A stretch of DNA of 64,000 bases from Thalia democratica (GCA_965202585.1 OZ241833.1:26970001-27034000); one strand, 5' to 3'. Positions 33,101-46,839 are shown, counted from the stretch's first letter. Notes: generated by a model not told the origin, from the letters alone. Numbers and translations are program-made.

Positions 33101-36100
33101 ATGTCAAAACGCATATTTAAATTTAAATACAAAGTATTTTATTAAAAAAAGTGAGTAAAATTTTCTAATTTTTTTAAAACGCTAAACTTCAATAGGCTTT
33201 TACTATTAACATGTTATTTACAATTGAAAACATTTTAACCACTAAGATATTAAACTGCATAAATAAATAGCTAGATTATAAGGAGTTTTTTAGTAAGTTA
33301 ATCTAAACAACTTTCTGATACTTGGACACAAGCTAATCAACACAATACAAACAAAACTGTCATATAAAGAAAACGTAGGGTTGTTCACAACAGAAATAAA
33401 ATTGTTGACCAACGAATTCACAAAGAATTTCAAGAAGACAATCACTATGACAGCAAACGGTCGTACAAAACAAAATTAATGGACAAAAAATTCATTAAAA
33501 AAAATTTTCGTCTAAAGACATGAATTCACATCGGAAATAAAATAGACATAAATTCACATCAGAAATAAAACAGACGTAAATTCACATCAGAAATAAAACA
33601 GATGTAAATTCACGTCCGAAATAAAATAGACATATTTTCACGGCCGAAATAAAATAGACATATTCTCACGTCCGAAATAAAATAGACATAAATTCACATC
33701 AGAAATAAAATAGACATAAATTCGCATCAGAAACAAAATAGAAATAAATTCACATCAGAAACAAAATAGACTTGAAACTGACCCGACGATCTTGCCATCA
33801 CCTTGGCCGTCCTGCTGCTTCTCGCTGCTTATCTCGAACTGCCACCTTTCCATCACCTCGTTCGTTCCCACCTCCTTGATCACCACCACCACCCTTCTCA
33901 CCGCCCCCTTCTCTATCCACTCTGCATTTTAATGAATATGTTAACACAGGGTTCCCGCTAAAACTTAAAAAAAATACAGGGTAATCCATAAAATATAGCA
34001 AATTTATGTGGTAATTATAAATAATAGTCTTAATAATAAAATAACAAGAGTTTGACGGTATTTGAGCTCTAACTTTAGTTAAATAAGCAAACTTTAGATA
34101 AAATGTATGTAACATAAAAAAGAGGAAAATATACGCTAGGTGGTGCCATAGAGTCACTGTTTTGTACTGATATTGCTAAGATTTTGATTTGAAATAAAAT
34201 AAAATTAAATTTTGACTGTTTTTTCACCACGCGGTGTCGCTGATTTAGCTTTCAAACTTCAATCACATAGAAAAAAACGTAATTTTTAGGGATTTTTACA
34301 TATAATTAAATTTTTTCTAGGGAATAATAGAGATTATTCAGAATATTGCAAATTTATAGGGAATTATAGGGAACTATGGGGATTTATAGGGAAGTTGAAA
34401 CCCTGTTAATAACAACTTTGTGTTTTTATTGATGATTAATATAATTTAATTAAAAAATAACTTCTTTGTAACATATATGTTTAGATAAATTATGCAATAA
34501 AAGTTTTTAGATATAACAATAAAAATCTATTTAAAAATACTTTAAACTTCAAACAAAAAACTACTACATACGCAGTAGTACAAATTGTACTTAGATAACA
34601 TGCTGGTGCTTTTATGATATTTTAGCTTCTCATTTCAGTATTTGAAAAAGTTATTTTATGCTTTATTAAAAGAACAGCATGCAAAATACGTACACAGTTT
34701 TAATAGCCTAATCTTGTTAAAAAGAACTAAGAAAGATAATAATAACAAGAACAATATATTATTTTATCAGTAACCTTGTATAGATATTAAACTAGCTAAA
34801 ATAACTGTTTATAAAGATAGAAAATTCTACTTTCAGGTTTTATAATTTTTGTTGATTTACAGGGTTGCTAAATGTTTCTTTTTTTCATTTTCTGCCAGGT
34901 TTTTAAATAAAGAACAATTTTTTGTTCATTTTCACTATAAAACTAAATATAAGGTAAAAACTATTTTAATAGTACAAAAAATTTGGAAAAGACACTGTAA
35001 AGCAACTTTGAATGTGTTTTTCGTTGATAACTTTTTTTATGATAGATTTTTTGTATCTCAATCAAACTTCATAACTTTACATGTAAAAATTCTTTGAAAT
35101 TTCAGGTTATTTAGTAACTTTTGTTTGAAATTACAGGTTTTGTTTTCTTAATTTCTCAAACTCCAAATTTTTTAAACTTTGTCAAATTCCAGGTTTTTTG
35201 GTAACTTAGCAAATACCATAAAATACCTGTAGCGTATAAAAACATACTCTATGAGAGTAATAAGTGCAAAATTTTAAAATAATTAAGGGCATAGGGGGGT
35301 TAAACACCTCTTTTGGTTTTTGATCTTATTTTATATAATTTTTACTAAGCTACAAGATGCTTTTTACAGATTTTAAAAATTCTAAATAATTTTTGAGATA
35401 TAGCTGGTCAAAGTCGGAGGCAACAATAGGATCCTTATGGGAGGCGCAAACTAAAACGGCAAATCACTAAAAATCTATCTTCTCCTACGTTTTTTGAGAT
35501 AACTACCTCAAATTTTCAGGAAATGTTCCTTAATATATTTAGAAAATTCTGTCGGAACAGAATTTTAAAAATTTAAAAAAATTGAAAAATAAAAATTTTA
35601 TAACAAAAAAACTAAAAAAATTTTTTTTTGTTTATTTTTTGTATAAAATTTTTTTTTTTAATTTTTTTTTAATTCCTTCCGACAGAATTTTCTAAATATA
35701 TCAAGGAACATTTCCTGAAAATTTGAGGTAGTTATCTCAAAAAACGTAGGAGACGATAGATTTTTAGTGAAATAGTCTATTTTTGCCGTTTTAGTTTGCG
35801 CCTCCCATAAGGAACCTATTGTTGCCTCCAGCTTTGACCAGCTATATCTCAAAATTTATTTTGAATTTTTAAAATCTGTAAAAAGCATCTTGTAGCTTAG
35901 TAAAAATTATATAAAATAAGATAAAAACCAAAAAAAGGTGTTTACCCCCCTATGCCCTTTAAGAAGTCTTTGTCAACTTTTAAACACTAAGTATCACAAG
36001 TAAGTTGAGACACTTTAAATATCTACAATATTTTTTCAAAAAATATAAAAAATATGTGAGAATAAATCTTATATAATCTAAATTTTAATGTACATTCTTG

Positions 36101-37791
36101 TATAATAACTAATAATTAATACATTAAAAAAACAAAGGCCATACATTATAATAGAGGTCAAACATATATTAATAAACTATGATTGGCATTTAGTTAACAT
36201 CAAAGTTTATAATATAAGATAGCTTTAATGGAACAAAATAAATTATTGAAACTTTGAAATGTAGTTGAATATGTTACTACAAACGTATAGAAGGGAAATT
36301 TTATATTGTTAATTTTATATAGTTATTTGCCTTAACTAAAAAAGAATGCTCATTGTTAATTTTATGAAAATATTAAAAACTACCAAAAATATATCTAAAG
36401 CTTGGTTTCAACAGCAAATTAATTCAAATTTTTTATGAATTAACTTTGCAATATGAGGAAGAAATTAAGAAAACAACTATATAAAATCAAATAACTTTTG
36501 GAAGAATCCAAAACAAACAACAAAATACAGATTGAATAAACAATTTTTTTAAGTTATAAACTTAAAATTTTCTATACTACAAAATGTTTGTTTAAAAATG
36601 TTTTTTTTGCCTTTTTAATTTATATTTACAAAAAGAACGTTTAAGCTCTCCAACTACTTTAAGATAATTACATATTTTAAGTTACTTAGAGTGTTAAAAA
36701 ACAGCAAAATGCATTTAGTACCTCGGTTGTTAATGCAAAAAAAAAGTCTTACTTGAAAACTAAAACATTCATCCCTAAGACCTAAATACTTTAGATTAAA
36801 ACTATGCAACAACTTCTTATCAAAACAGTTAAGACTACTTGTTTTTAACCTTTCAATTGGGGCATGATGGAGCCCTGCAAGTACTTGTTCACCTGCTCAT
36901 TGGTGCACACCAGCACTGAGAGGCCGTACTTTTTTTCAAACTTGAACATTTCTTCAGGGTACACGCCGCGCTGGTACAAAATGCTGTTGATTCCATAAAC
37001 TGAAAGTTATACAGAATTTCTTATTTAACAAACTATTTGGTGGAAATATTCGAACATTGACTAGGTCAGGGATGTCCGACCTTTTCATGTTGAACATAAT
37101 TACTTTTTAAGCAGATCACCAAATCTTCCCCTAATTTATAAAATTAAATATAAAAAAATAGTTAATTGTACAAGCTTATGAATTTATTTTTTTTCAAACA
37201 TAGTAAATATTAATAAAAACTGGAGAAAAAAGAAAATCAAGCATTAACATTTAATATTAGTTTTATGCTAAACAGTAGGTTTCCAAAGTATCACTTCAAA
37301 CTAATAAAAGCTTCATAATGTAGCCACTGACCACAGATTGATTACTTCTGAATTAGATTGACATGTATTCACAATAAAAAGTTCATAGTAATATAAAGAC
37401 AAATTTATTTTAAAGTACAAATAATATTACTTGTAAGTACATAAAAACAAACAAATTATAAAAAATAAATAAAAAACATATTGATATTAATAAAGTATTA
37501 AATTACAGGAAAGTTTCTTTCATTAAAAAGAGAAAAATAAATCAAGTTCAATTTTTTGCTTAGACTGATGGGATTTAAAGTGTTCTGATAACAAGACTTA
37601 TAACCAATGTATTTAAACACTATTTCAGTAAAACTATGATAAACTATTTCTATTAGTAGTTTAACTTAAAAACTTTTCACACCAAAATTAATAAATTAAA
37701 CTTTATACAATAAAAACTTACAGAAAAATTCTGAAACTATTGCAGCAGAACCTTTTAAAGTGATCTTGTTGGACTGTTTAGTAGATGCCAT
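30143..37791 (-). CDS. MAD2L1: Mitotic spindle assembly checkpoint protein MAD2 (HORMA domain), 206 aa, 5 exons
   Basis: Exons 37791-37722, 36999-36850, 33921-33783, 32222-32128 and 30309-30143 total 621 nt. Translation includes ITLKGSAAIVSEFFFYGINSILYQRGVYP, VMERWQFEI, EIRSIIRQITATVTFLPLL, FDLLFYTDKDL and LKSFSTSIHKV. Confidence 0.97.
30476..31319. mobile_element. pogo/Tigger-like element, second copy of 4438-5278 (MAD2 intron 4)
   Basis: Left TIR TA|CAGTAACCTCTCGCTTATTTACGC is identical to the first copy; the body is colinear; the right TIR is decayed (GCGAGATGTAAATG). Confidence 0.88.
31370..31976. mobile_element. CAGGG...CCCTG non-autonomous DNA element with 7-bp TSD
   Basis: TSD tataatt on both sides; internal GATTTAGCCTGA repeats at both ends; superfamily not assignable (P-like by TSD length is inference). 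Confidence 0.7.
32331..32737. mobile_element. CAGG..TGCCAC element with CCAGGTTTT internal repeats, 6-bp TSD
   Basis: CAGGCTTGCCAC / GTGGCACCCTG termini, TSD tgttac; related fragments at 1185-1281 (reverse) and 34860-35220. Confidence 0.7.
33516..33771. repeat. 28-bp minisatellite, 9 units + partial, in MAD2 intron 3
   Basis: Consensus AGACATAAATTCACATCAGAAATAAAAT; units start at 33516, 33544, 33572 ... 33768 with no spacers. Confidence 0.95.
33947..34405. mobile_element. CAGGG...CCCTG element (MAD2 intron 2)
   Basis: CAGGGTT / AACCCTG ends; flanks ttaaca / ttaata; TATAGGGAA repeats near the right end. Confidence 0.5.
35283..35962. mobile_element. Fold-back MITE with TTAA-GGG...CCC(T)-TTAA ends (Kolobok-like), ~310-bp arms
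   Basis: Left TTAAGGGCATAGGGGGGTTAAACACC, right GGTGTTTACCCCCCTATGCCCTTTAA; arms are near-perfect complements. TTAA TSD with purine termini fits Kolobok rather than piggyBac (CCC termini). Confidence 0.88.
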
Positions 37792-38019
37792 TTTAAAATA
37801 TAACTGTCAAATACAACATAACAAATTAATTTTTTATGCTATACTTATCATGTACATTATCATTTTAAGCTATAAAGTATATTTTTATAAAAGTTTTATT
37901 TTTTTTATAAATAGATATTTCTATAGACTTGAAAACTTAAAAAACACTCAAAAAAAGTTCAAATTGAGTTAACTCAAGTACATTATAATAAATATTTTTG
38001 TTGAAAGCCAGTAACTTAT

Positions 38020-38662
38020 TTAAAGGGGATAGGGGTGAAGCACCTTTTTATAGTTTGATTTTTTACATAAAAAACTAAGGTTATAGCTTCTTTCTATTAC
38101 TGTTAAAGTTCCAAACAACTTAAAAGATACAAGCAATCAAAATTTAAGAGTATATAGGCACAAACTTTTTAGACTATTTTCCTACAAATCATTTTCTTCC
38201 TAACAATTTGAGCAATATTTTTAAAATCTTCTCAGTTTTGTCTTTATAAAATTCAGAATAAATTGTAAGAAAAAATTTCAAATTTTCTATATAAATTTAT
38301 TTTTTAGATATACAAAAAAATAGGTCTTTGTTTGTTTTGTGGTCACAAATAAAATGTTTTTTTTTTTTTTTTGGCTTAACAGACTTTTCAAAATATTACA
38401 AGGAACACTTTCTGAAAACTTTAAGTCTCTGGCTTAAAAAGTAAAAAAGATAGACTTTTAGTAAGATTTTAAGTATACAAGAAAAATGACAACAAAAAAT
38501 TGTTGTCCATATGTTTTGTTTTCAAAAAATTATTGTCTCAAAAAAATAATTATTTTATATTTTTCTATAAAAAGTGAGTTATAGCTCATATTTAATAAGA
38601 TTTTATTTAAAAGTCAATGTTAACTTTTGTAAAAGAGGTAATTTGACCCCAAATAAACTTAA
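38020..38662. mobile_element. Highly diverged relative of the Kolobok-like MITE, just upstream of MAD2 ATG
   Basis: TTAAAGGGGATAGGGGTG left end; the internal aggaacacttttctgaaaa...gatagacttttagt block resembles 35704-35770. Confidence 0.45.
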
Positions 38663-39635
38663 ATAAACAACAAAAATAAATACATAGTTAGAGTTGTTAA
38701 ATAAATAGTACTCCATTCCTTGATTTCAAGCTTAAACACACTATGCTCAGCTCATTCATAAGTATGATGTAACAAGTTAATAATATTTGTTCTTGATTTT
38801 TGTAAATTAAGTATATCTCGTAAGTAGTGAATGAAATCTTCCATTTATTTTTATGAATGTAAAATTCTTATAACCAGCTAACAGTTACAAGTTTAATTTT
38901 TCTAATTATCTTTTGTACGTTTTTGTCAACATCAATAATATATTAAAAAAAACATACTAATGTTGTGAAAAATACTATATCACAAGTTTTTTACTAAATC
39001 TATAAGTTACATTTTAAAAGCATATAGCATATTGATTACAACATTTACTTTTGTTTAAGTTTGATGGTAAAAATGTTTTATTAAGATTAAAATTTATCAG
39101 TTAAGCAAGCTCAGTTTAGACCAGGGGTGGGCAACAAGCCTGCAACTTATTTTTAGTTTGATGATATTACCTTAACATTCAAATCACAAGCTTTTGTAGT
39201 CTGACACCAAGGTTTGGTTTTATTGAAACTTGTAAGTCAGTTACAACTGAAAGCTGCAGTCATTAAAAATGTTTTTATTTTTTAGTTATTTTAATGTTTT
39301 TAATAACAAAAATCATTATAAAGGTTATAAAAATTAAAAACCTGAATTTAAAATAAAACTAAAGGTTTTTAGCTCTTAAGTTGTGGTGCTAGTTTCATGG
39401 ATTTTTTTAAATCTTTTTGTTATAATTGTATTTACGTTAATTATAATTTATCTTTCTGAATATTACTAAAATTCAATTAGTTAACCAATCACCTAATCAA
39501 CTAATTACTTATCTAAAACTATATAAAATGTTTGTCCTTTGCAACTTATTAGTTTGTTTACTTTTACTTGTGATCATCGCACTAGCGTGAAACAATTGTT
39601 AAGTAATAAACTTTTTAACAATTTAACTTTTGTCA

Positions 39636-39639
<4 letters not shown>

Positions 39640-39666
<27 letters not shown>
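39640..39666. repeat. (TA)n microsatellite
   Basis: Direct reading. Confidence 0.95.
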
Positions 39667-39670
<4 letters not shown>

Positions 39671-41611
39671 TTATTTCTTTAATACAAACAGGATTATTAT
39701 TTTTCTCTACTTACATTAATTACATAAACTAATTCACTACTTACACTAATTAGCATAATATTATTATTAGTATTAGATAATAATATTATCATAACTAAAT
39801 TAGATTATGCTAATTAGTGTTAATTGATTTTTTCTGATGTAACCTCTAACTATTTATTTACTCAAAATTTAATCTTAAAATTAGTTGCTAACAAAAGTAG
39901 TTGAAAAGCGTTAGCCAAAATCAATTTTATTTGCTGTTTGCTTTAATAAAAAATGTTTTGGAATGAATCCTGTCTTAGATGTTTGTATTATAAAGAACTT
40001 AATACTTTCAGTTAGATATTGGTTTATTTGAGTTTGCAACCATTGATTGTTAGTTCACACTGGTTGCAGTGATTACATGATTGGATTGTTGATGCGTTTT
40101 TTGGAGTATGCAGATACTTGCTTGGGTCTTTAATGTTGAGTTTTTAGCCTTGTGAGTGTTTGCCAAATGATGTGTCATCAAGGATTTTTTTTAATTAAAA
40201 TGATAGCTTTTTTATTTTTTGGTTACTTTGTTGTTAATTTTAAAGAGGATGTAGAAATACAAGTGCTGATAGATTACTTGCTTGACCTTCAAAAGATGTT
40301 TATTGTTGATGAGGGAAGAGTGATTCTTATCTTTTTCTACCATTAAAACTATAAAAAATAATGTATATTATAATGTATAGTAATGATAGATAAATATAAT
40401 AATTTTATGTATGCAACTCAGAGGTCTTTTTGTGTACCCAGGTCCTTGAACCAAAACATTTTGAGCAAATTTTTGTGTTTTTTGTTCAATAAACTATACA
40501 AAATAAAATTTATAAATAAATAATTTTTGCTTGACAGCCACAATTTTCTTGAGGACCGCATTTTGCTGACTCTGTTTATAAAAAAAGCTTATATCATTTT
40601 GTGTTGAGTACATTTATTATTAATGGTAAAAATAAACATTAAACAATTACTTTTTTACCAAAAATAACAAATTTAAAGCAAAATAAATATATTTTATCTT
40701 CTTAGAAAAGGTTTACCCTTTGAATAATTAATATTGCAAAAGAGGGAAAAGATATATAAAATTTGCATGGGTAAAAAACAAATGGTAAAAAAAAAATTTC
40801 TGGTAAACATAAATCCTTGTTGCAGAATCTATGTAACAGTTGATTTATTTTGAAAATTTAATACAGAGAACCTAGATTGTAAATCATGAAGCAGACAACA
40901 GTAAAAAAAAATTTATTTACAGCGTTTTATTTATGGCAGAGTAATTACAAATATTTTTTACTTATTTCAAGTATTATGTTCATGTTTTTCAGATCTATGC
41001 TTGTCTATCATATTGTTTTAGAAGTTTGAATTATATTTGGAAGTGCTGTACTATTTTGGTACTTGCTGAATATTTTTAACATGAGAGACGATGAATGTCT
41101 AGTAGAATGCACTAACTAACAAAGTACAATATTACTATTGCTGTTAATTTAAGGACGTTAAAAATTATACTGAATAATCATTTTTATAGCAAAGTTAACT
41201 TTTATTTGAAATATAAAACTAGTTTATACATGATTCGAAAAGCTATGTAGTTCGTTGTTTTTCTAAACACAGAATAGATAAAAAGTAATTAGTTTGTTTA
41301 AATGACCATGTTTAAGTTGTTTCTGTACTTTAACAAGTTAACACAATTCAACGGAGCTATGCAAGTTAAATTTATGTTTAACTCGTTCATTTTCTATAGT
41401 ATACAAATGATAAACATAATACAGTATGTGGAAGGTAAAACAAAAAAAAATTAAGCTTACAAAACTTTAGTTTATTTATAATGAAGTTATATGTCAGTTT
41501 TCTATAAAATTGGTGTAGATTTCTTTTAATTTTTAATTTTAAAATTTTGGGCAGTCTTAAATTTTTACTTTTTAGCTTGCTACTTTACTAATTGTAGCTT
41601 GCTATCGTATA

Positions 41612-42341
41612 CAGTAGACTACCGCTTAAGTACGCACTTTTTTTGGTACGCATCACGCCTTAAGTACGCACTTATCAAGAAAGGTAGAATGGCCAACCTG
41701 CTGAGTTAGCCTAAGACTTTCACAAATTTTAAATTAGGGTGAGTAATCCTGAGTAGTCTAAGTGGCCATTTGTGACAGTCCTGTTGCTAAATGTTAATAA
41801 ACAAAATACTTATATAGTGGCTAAAGAAAACTGAAAAAAATAATGATATTTTAGCTGTAATGCTATTAAATTAATAAATCTAGATGACAAAGCTAAAAAA
41901 CCTACAGATACAACATAGTTAAGTCATAACTTAATTTAAATGTACAAACATTGATGTTTTCAAAATGTTTGGTAAACACAATGTAGTTTGGTACTTTACT
42001 TCTAACAAAACAAAATATGGCTTAATATTCTTTTTTATACCATTGACTGACATTGACTTTCTATATTAATAGTATGTATTAATTATGTAGAAACTTTTTA
42101 TAGACAAAATAATGTTTTTTAAATCTAATAAAAAGTTTTGCAGATTAGAATTATGTATTAAACGTTATTTAAAATAAAAAGACTCGTTTATTTGGCTTAA
42201 TTATTTGGTGGCTAGTTTTAAGAAAGAAAACAAACAACTAAAGTTTATATTATACTATGTCTTTAAAAAGTACGCACTACCCGTGCTAAGTACGCACTTT
42301 TTGGTCGGGTTCAATTTGCGTACTTAAGCGGTAGTGTACTG
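41612..42341. mobile_element. Tc1/pogo-like MITE, 25-bp TIR, TA TSD
   Basis: TA|CAGTAGACTACCGCTTAAGTACGCA ... TGCGTACTTAAGCGGTAGTGTACTG|TA (24/25 match); extra subterminal AAGTACGCAC copies. Confidence 0.9.
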
Positions 42342-42389
42342 TATTTGACTCTGAGGTAAAACTTAAACAAAAAAAGTCCATTTTAAAAC

Positions 42390-43145
42390 TTATAAATTCT
42401 TATAAACTTATAAAACGAGTATAAAGTAAATTTTATAGGTAAATTTATTAATTTTTCAAAAAACATAAAACTTTAATGTCAATTATTTTCCTTATCTTAA
42501 AAGCTATCTAAATTTTTTTTTTAATTTTAGAGAACGCACCTTTGTCTTTAATTTACAAAAAAAAATTGGTTTGGGGTTTGAATTATTTCATGGGGTCCCT
42601 CCAAAAATAAAGGTTTTTTTTTCATTAATATGGTATTAAAACCAAAAATTTTTTTTTTCCTTATGCATGTTATTTAAACTCTTAGATGTTTATTTTATAA
42701 ATAAGGTTAATATCTTTTACGATTTGGCCCCAAAGCAAAATGATGTATATTACACTATCATTTCCTTGGCCATTTCCTAGATAAAAATTGATAAAAGGAA
42801 AAAAAAAACATTATTTATAAATTAAACATCTAAGAGTTTAAATAACATGCAAACTAAGGGAAAAAAAATAAAATAAAAAAATATTTATTTTTGGTTTTAA
42901 TACCATAATAATGAAAAAAAAACTTTTATTTTTGGAGGGACATATGAAATAATTCAAACCCCTAACCAATTTTTTTTTAATTAAAGACAAAGGTGCGTTC
43001 TTTAAAATAAAATAAAAAATTTTTAGATAGCTTTTAAGATAAGGAAAATAATTGACATTAAAGTTTTATGTTTTTTGAAAAATTTATAAATTTGCCTATA
43101 AAATTAATTTTATGCTCTTACTTATAAACATATGAGAACTTATAG
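42390..43145. repeat. Fold-back inverted repeat, ~320-bp arms, ~100-bp spacer
   Basis: For example agaacgcacctttgtctttaatt (42531) vs aattaaagacaaaggtgcgttct (42980), and aaactcttagatgttt vs aaacatctaagagttt. Confidence 0.9.
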
Positions 43146-43509
43146 ATTCACAACGCTTAATGTTGTTGTGGAAATTAGTTAAAGAAGCTAAATTTGTTTC
43201 ACAAGATCATTTGCTCTACTTCACTAAGGATTCAGTACATATAAAAAGTCATTATTCAATTTATAACTATTATCTATCTATTGAGAAGTTCGTTTATGCT
43301 TTGTTGCATTCACGTTTTACAAAAACTGCTGCTTAAATATAGTGAAATATTTTTAAACTTATTCCTTATTATTTGTTTCACTTAAGGAAAGCAAAATAGT
43401 TATAGGCATGCAACCATGAAGTGATACAAAGATTTTTTATAATTAATTAGTATTGTGAAATATCATACCACCGAACAACTTAAAGTTGGCTAAGCCATAA
43501 ATTTCTCAC

Positions 43510-44983
43510 TAATAAAAATTAACCACAATAGTTTTAAACGTCCTTTTTTTGCTATAAGCATTCGTTTTTTTTTTTTTTTTGTAAAATTGCACTTAAAATT
43601 AAAACTTTGCAAAAATCATTCTCTCTTTTTACTTTTATCAATGTAGGACATTCGTTTAAAACACAAAAAGAAAATTTTTAATTATTTATACACATAGTTT
43701 AAGGTTTATCTCACAGCTAAGATTATAAACTTTTAAGTTATAAAACACCCTTTTAAGCTTAAAACTTGAACAATAAAATAAATTTATTCGACGATGATAA
43801 ATGTCTACAAACTTAAGTCATACGACTTTTGACAGTAGATAAATTCGTAATGTATTTAGCTTGTTTTTAAAAATTTTAATGATTGAACATTTTAAAGATT
43901 TTTTAAAATTTAAAACTTGTAGCGATATCTTGATAAACTTTAAGCAGTTTATAAAAGCTTTTTTTTTGGCTTTATTAGTAAAACTAGTATAGTTTAAATT
44001 TAACTTTTAAAATATTTTAATAGCAAAAATACTTTGATAAATGTTTGATTTAAGAAAAATAACAAATTTAAAAGTAAATTTTTAGTAAAAAAGGGGTTAT
44101 TGTTTAAAAAAATATTGAAATTGACTCGTGTTTAGAATTTTTTTTTTTGTAAGTAAGTTAAAATACAAAACGTTTAGTTTGTCATTTAAATATGTATAAT
44201 ACTGGTATAATTATCAGTTGTTTTGCTTTAAATAAGACAAAACTTCATGATTTTAATATGTGTAATAATGTTGTAGTAGTTTAAGAAAGATGAAACTTTT
44301 AATTTCATTTTAATGTTAATTGATAATTTTTTTTTTTTAAATAATAAATTTATCACTACAAAAGAAAGCAATAATTTATATGATACTACAATACAACATA
44401 CAATACAATTAGTCTATCTTATTATTAATAGTCAACTTCAAAAAATTTTAACTATAAGTATACAGTATTTTTGCTATTGAAATATTTTAAAAGTAAAAGT
44501 TAAACTGTACTAGTTTTACTAATAAAGCAAAAAAAAAAAAGCTTTTATAAACTGCTTAAAGTTTATCAAGCTATCGCTACAAGTTTAAAATTTTAAAAAT
44601 CTTTAAAATGTTCAATCTTTAAAATTTTTAAAAACAAGCTAAATACTTTACGAATTTCTCTACTGTCAAAAGTCGTATGACTTAAGTTTGTAGACATTTA
44701 TAATCGTCGAAAAAATTTATTTTATTGTTTAAGCTTTAAGGTTAAAAGGGATGTTTTATAGCTTAAAAGTTTATAAACTTAGCTGTGAGATAAACCTTAA
44801 ACTATGTGTATAAATAATTAAAAATGTTCTTTTTGTGTTTTAAACGATTGTCCTACATTAATAAAAGTAAAAAGAGAGAATGATTTTTGCAAAGTTTTAG
44901 TTTTAAGTGCAATTTTGCAAAAAAAAAAAACGAATGCTTATAGAAAAAAAGACGTTTAAAGCTATTGTAGTTAATTTTTACTA
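43510..44983. repeat. Fold-back inverted repeat, ~525-bp arms (43510-44033 / 44464-44983), ~430-bp spacer
   Basis: For example gtctacaaacttaagtcatacgacttttgacagtag (43803) vs ctactgtcaaaagtcgtatgacttaagtttgtagac (44660). Confidence 0.93.
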
Positions 44984-46839
44984 CGGCATCTACATTCGGT
45001 TTTGTTTAATTTTTCTTGATAAAGTTTTATGATATAAGCTTTTAAAGATTTTTTTTTATAAACTTATAAAAAATAATTGCCGATATAATGATAAATTGTA
45101 CATTAGATGTTTCGTAATAGATTTTTTATGAAAAACTCATGAGATTTAGTTCTTTGATATATCTGTTGATTTTATAGCTTAAATATATGATGAAACATGT
45201 TTTTGTATTAGAACTATTTAGGTTTATAACTTCAGTTATATTAAAAAAATTTAAACAGTTTTGAAAAACCTAGTCAGTTTTACGCAAGGATTTAATTTTT
45301 AGTTTTCAAGACTTTAATTTTAAATCAGTTGTATTTATTAGCAATTAGAAACACTTCACCAATAGAAAATGATATATTTAATTACCTAACTAAGTAATTT
45401 TACATAATTCCCAGCTTCAGAACTTTATCCATAAAGTTTAATCCGATAATTTAAAATCTGTTGAGGGATTATCATAAGTTATTTTATGCATGAACTACTT
45501 TTTGTTTCAGAAGAAAATATATTGATTGTTTACATTTATAAAAAATTTGAATACATATTCAATTTTTGTTAAGTTTGTTATAAAGCAGTTGTTCAACTAC
45601 ATTTTTTATTTCCTAATTTGTTTTAATTAGTATCTCGGAAGTTTGTATAATGACTTTTTGTTTAGATTACAATTTTTTACTTGTTATAACAAGATGTAAA
45701 ATAAACTTTATATAAAAACATTTTAAGAGTATACTACATTTATTAAGTCTTCATTTTTTTAAGTATTAATAACTTATACTATTAAAGTCTGTACAAAAAT
45801 AAATTAAGTGTTTAATAAAAATTTTCTAACAAGTTAATTATACCTTTCTACTTAAAAATTAATAATCTTTTGTTTGCTTTAAAACTTACTGAGTAATGCA
45901 GCACGCTAATTTCCTAATTTTGCTGCATTTGATCACTGAATAAATTCTACAGTTTATCAAGACCCAACTATAACTATAAGTCGTTTGACTTTTAGCTCAG
46001 TTTAAAAAAACAATTAAATAATAAAAAAGATCCTATAGTATATTTTTACTGTTGAAGAGTGTTATATTTCTAAACACCAGTCAATCTTGTATATTGTAAA
46101 GAATGCAAGAATTAAAAAGCAAATTGATGTGGTGAGTAATAATCTAAAACTAACTAATGCCAAAAATTTTATGAGAGTATAGTTTATAAGAGCATAATAA
46201 AACAAACTTGTTTTTAAACTCAGATAAGTCTTTATTTCTACTTATGCACACATGCTTACCATTGGTTTAATTATTGAAATACTTACATTTATTCTTAAAG
46301 TTTTAAGTTTTCAACAACCTTAAGTTTCTTAAATCTATACCGTTTAAACTATAAACACTTTAGTTTTAAGTTTACCAAAATTAAGTTATTTGGAAGATAT
46401 TGACAGTTTAAAAAGTTTACTAATTGTTACTTACAAGGAATAAATTATTATTGCTTTGACTATTGCTCAGTTAAATGTTAAAAGTTTTATTTTCAAAATT
46501 TACTAAACTGCTTCAAATAAAAAGTTAGAAAACTTTTAAGAAAAGTTAATTGTCTGTTTACCGATCTCTAAATTTATTTGTTTTTATTTTAATGGTTTTA
46601 TATTTTTAAATATATATTAACTTTATTATTATTCATGTAAAACGTTAGAAAGCCTATAAGAAAAAAAAACATATAAAAATTATAAATTTTTTTCATTAGA
46701 CTTAGTTTTAAAACAGATTAAAGTTTTTTGCTTTAATTGTACTAGGCAAGTATTCTTTTTTAGTTTACTAAAAAACATGTTAAAAGTAGTAATGTTTATT
46801 TTTTATATATCTAAAAAACTTTTAACAGTTTAATTAAAA

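Noticed and set aside
33372-33523. About 50-codon open frame antisense within MAD2 intron 3
   Set aside because: No start or good splice context and no recognisable motif; within chance for this composition.
33516-33771. Regular 28-bp repeats resembling a CRISPR array
   Set aside because: Units are contiguous with no unique spacers, there are no cas genes, and the array is inside a eukaryotic intron.
40020-40346. G/T-skewed tract and 64-aa ORF, possible retroelement (Penelope/LINE) remnant on the minus strand
   Set aside because: I could not recover a convincing RT or endonuclease motif in any frame; a profile search of six-frame translations would be needed.
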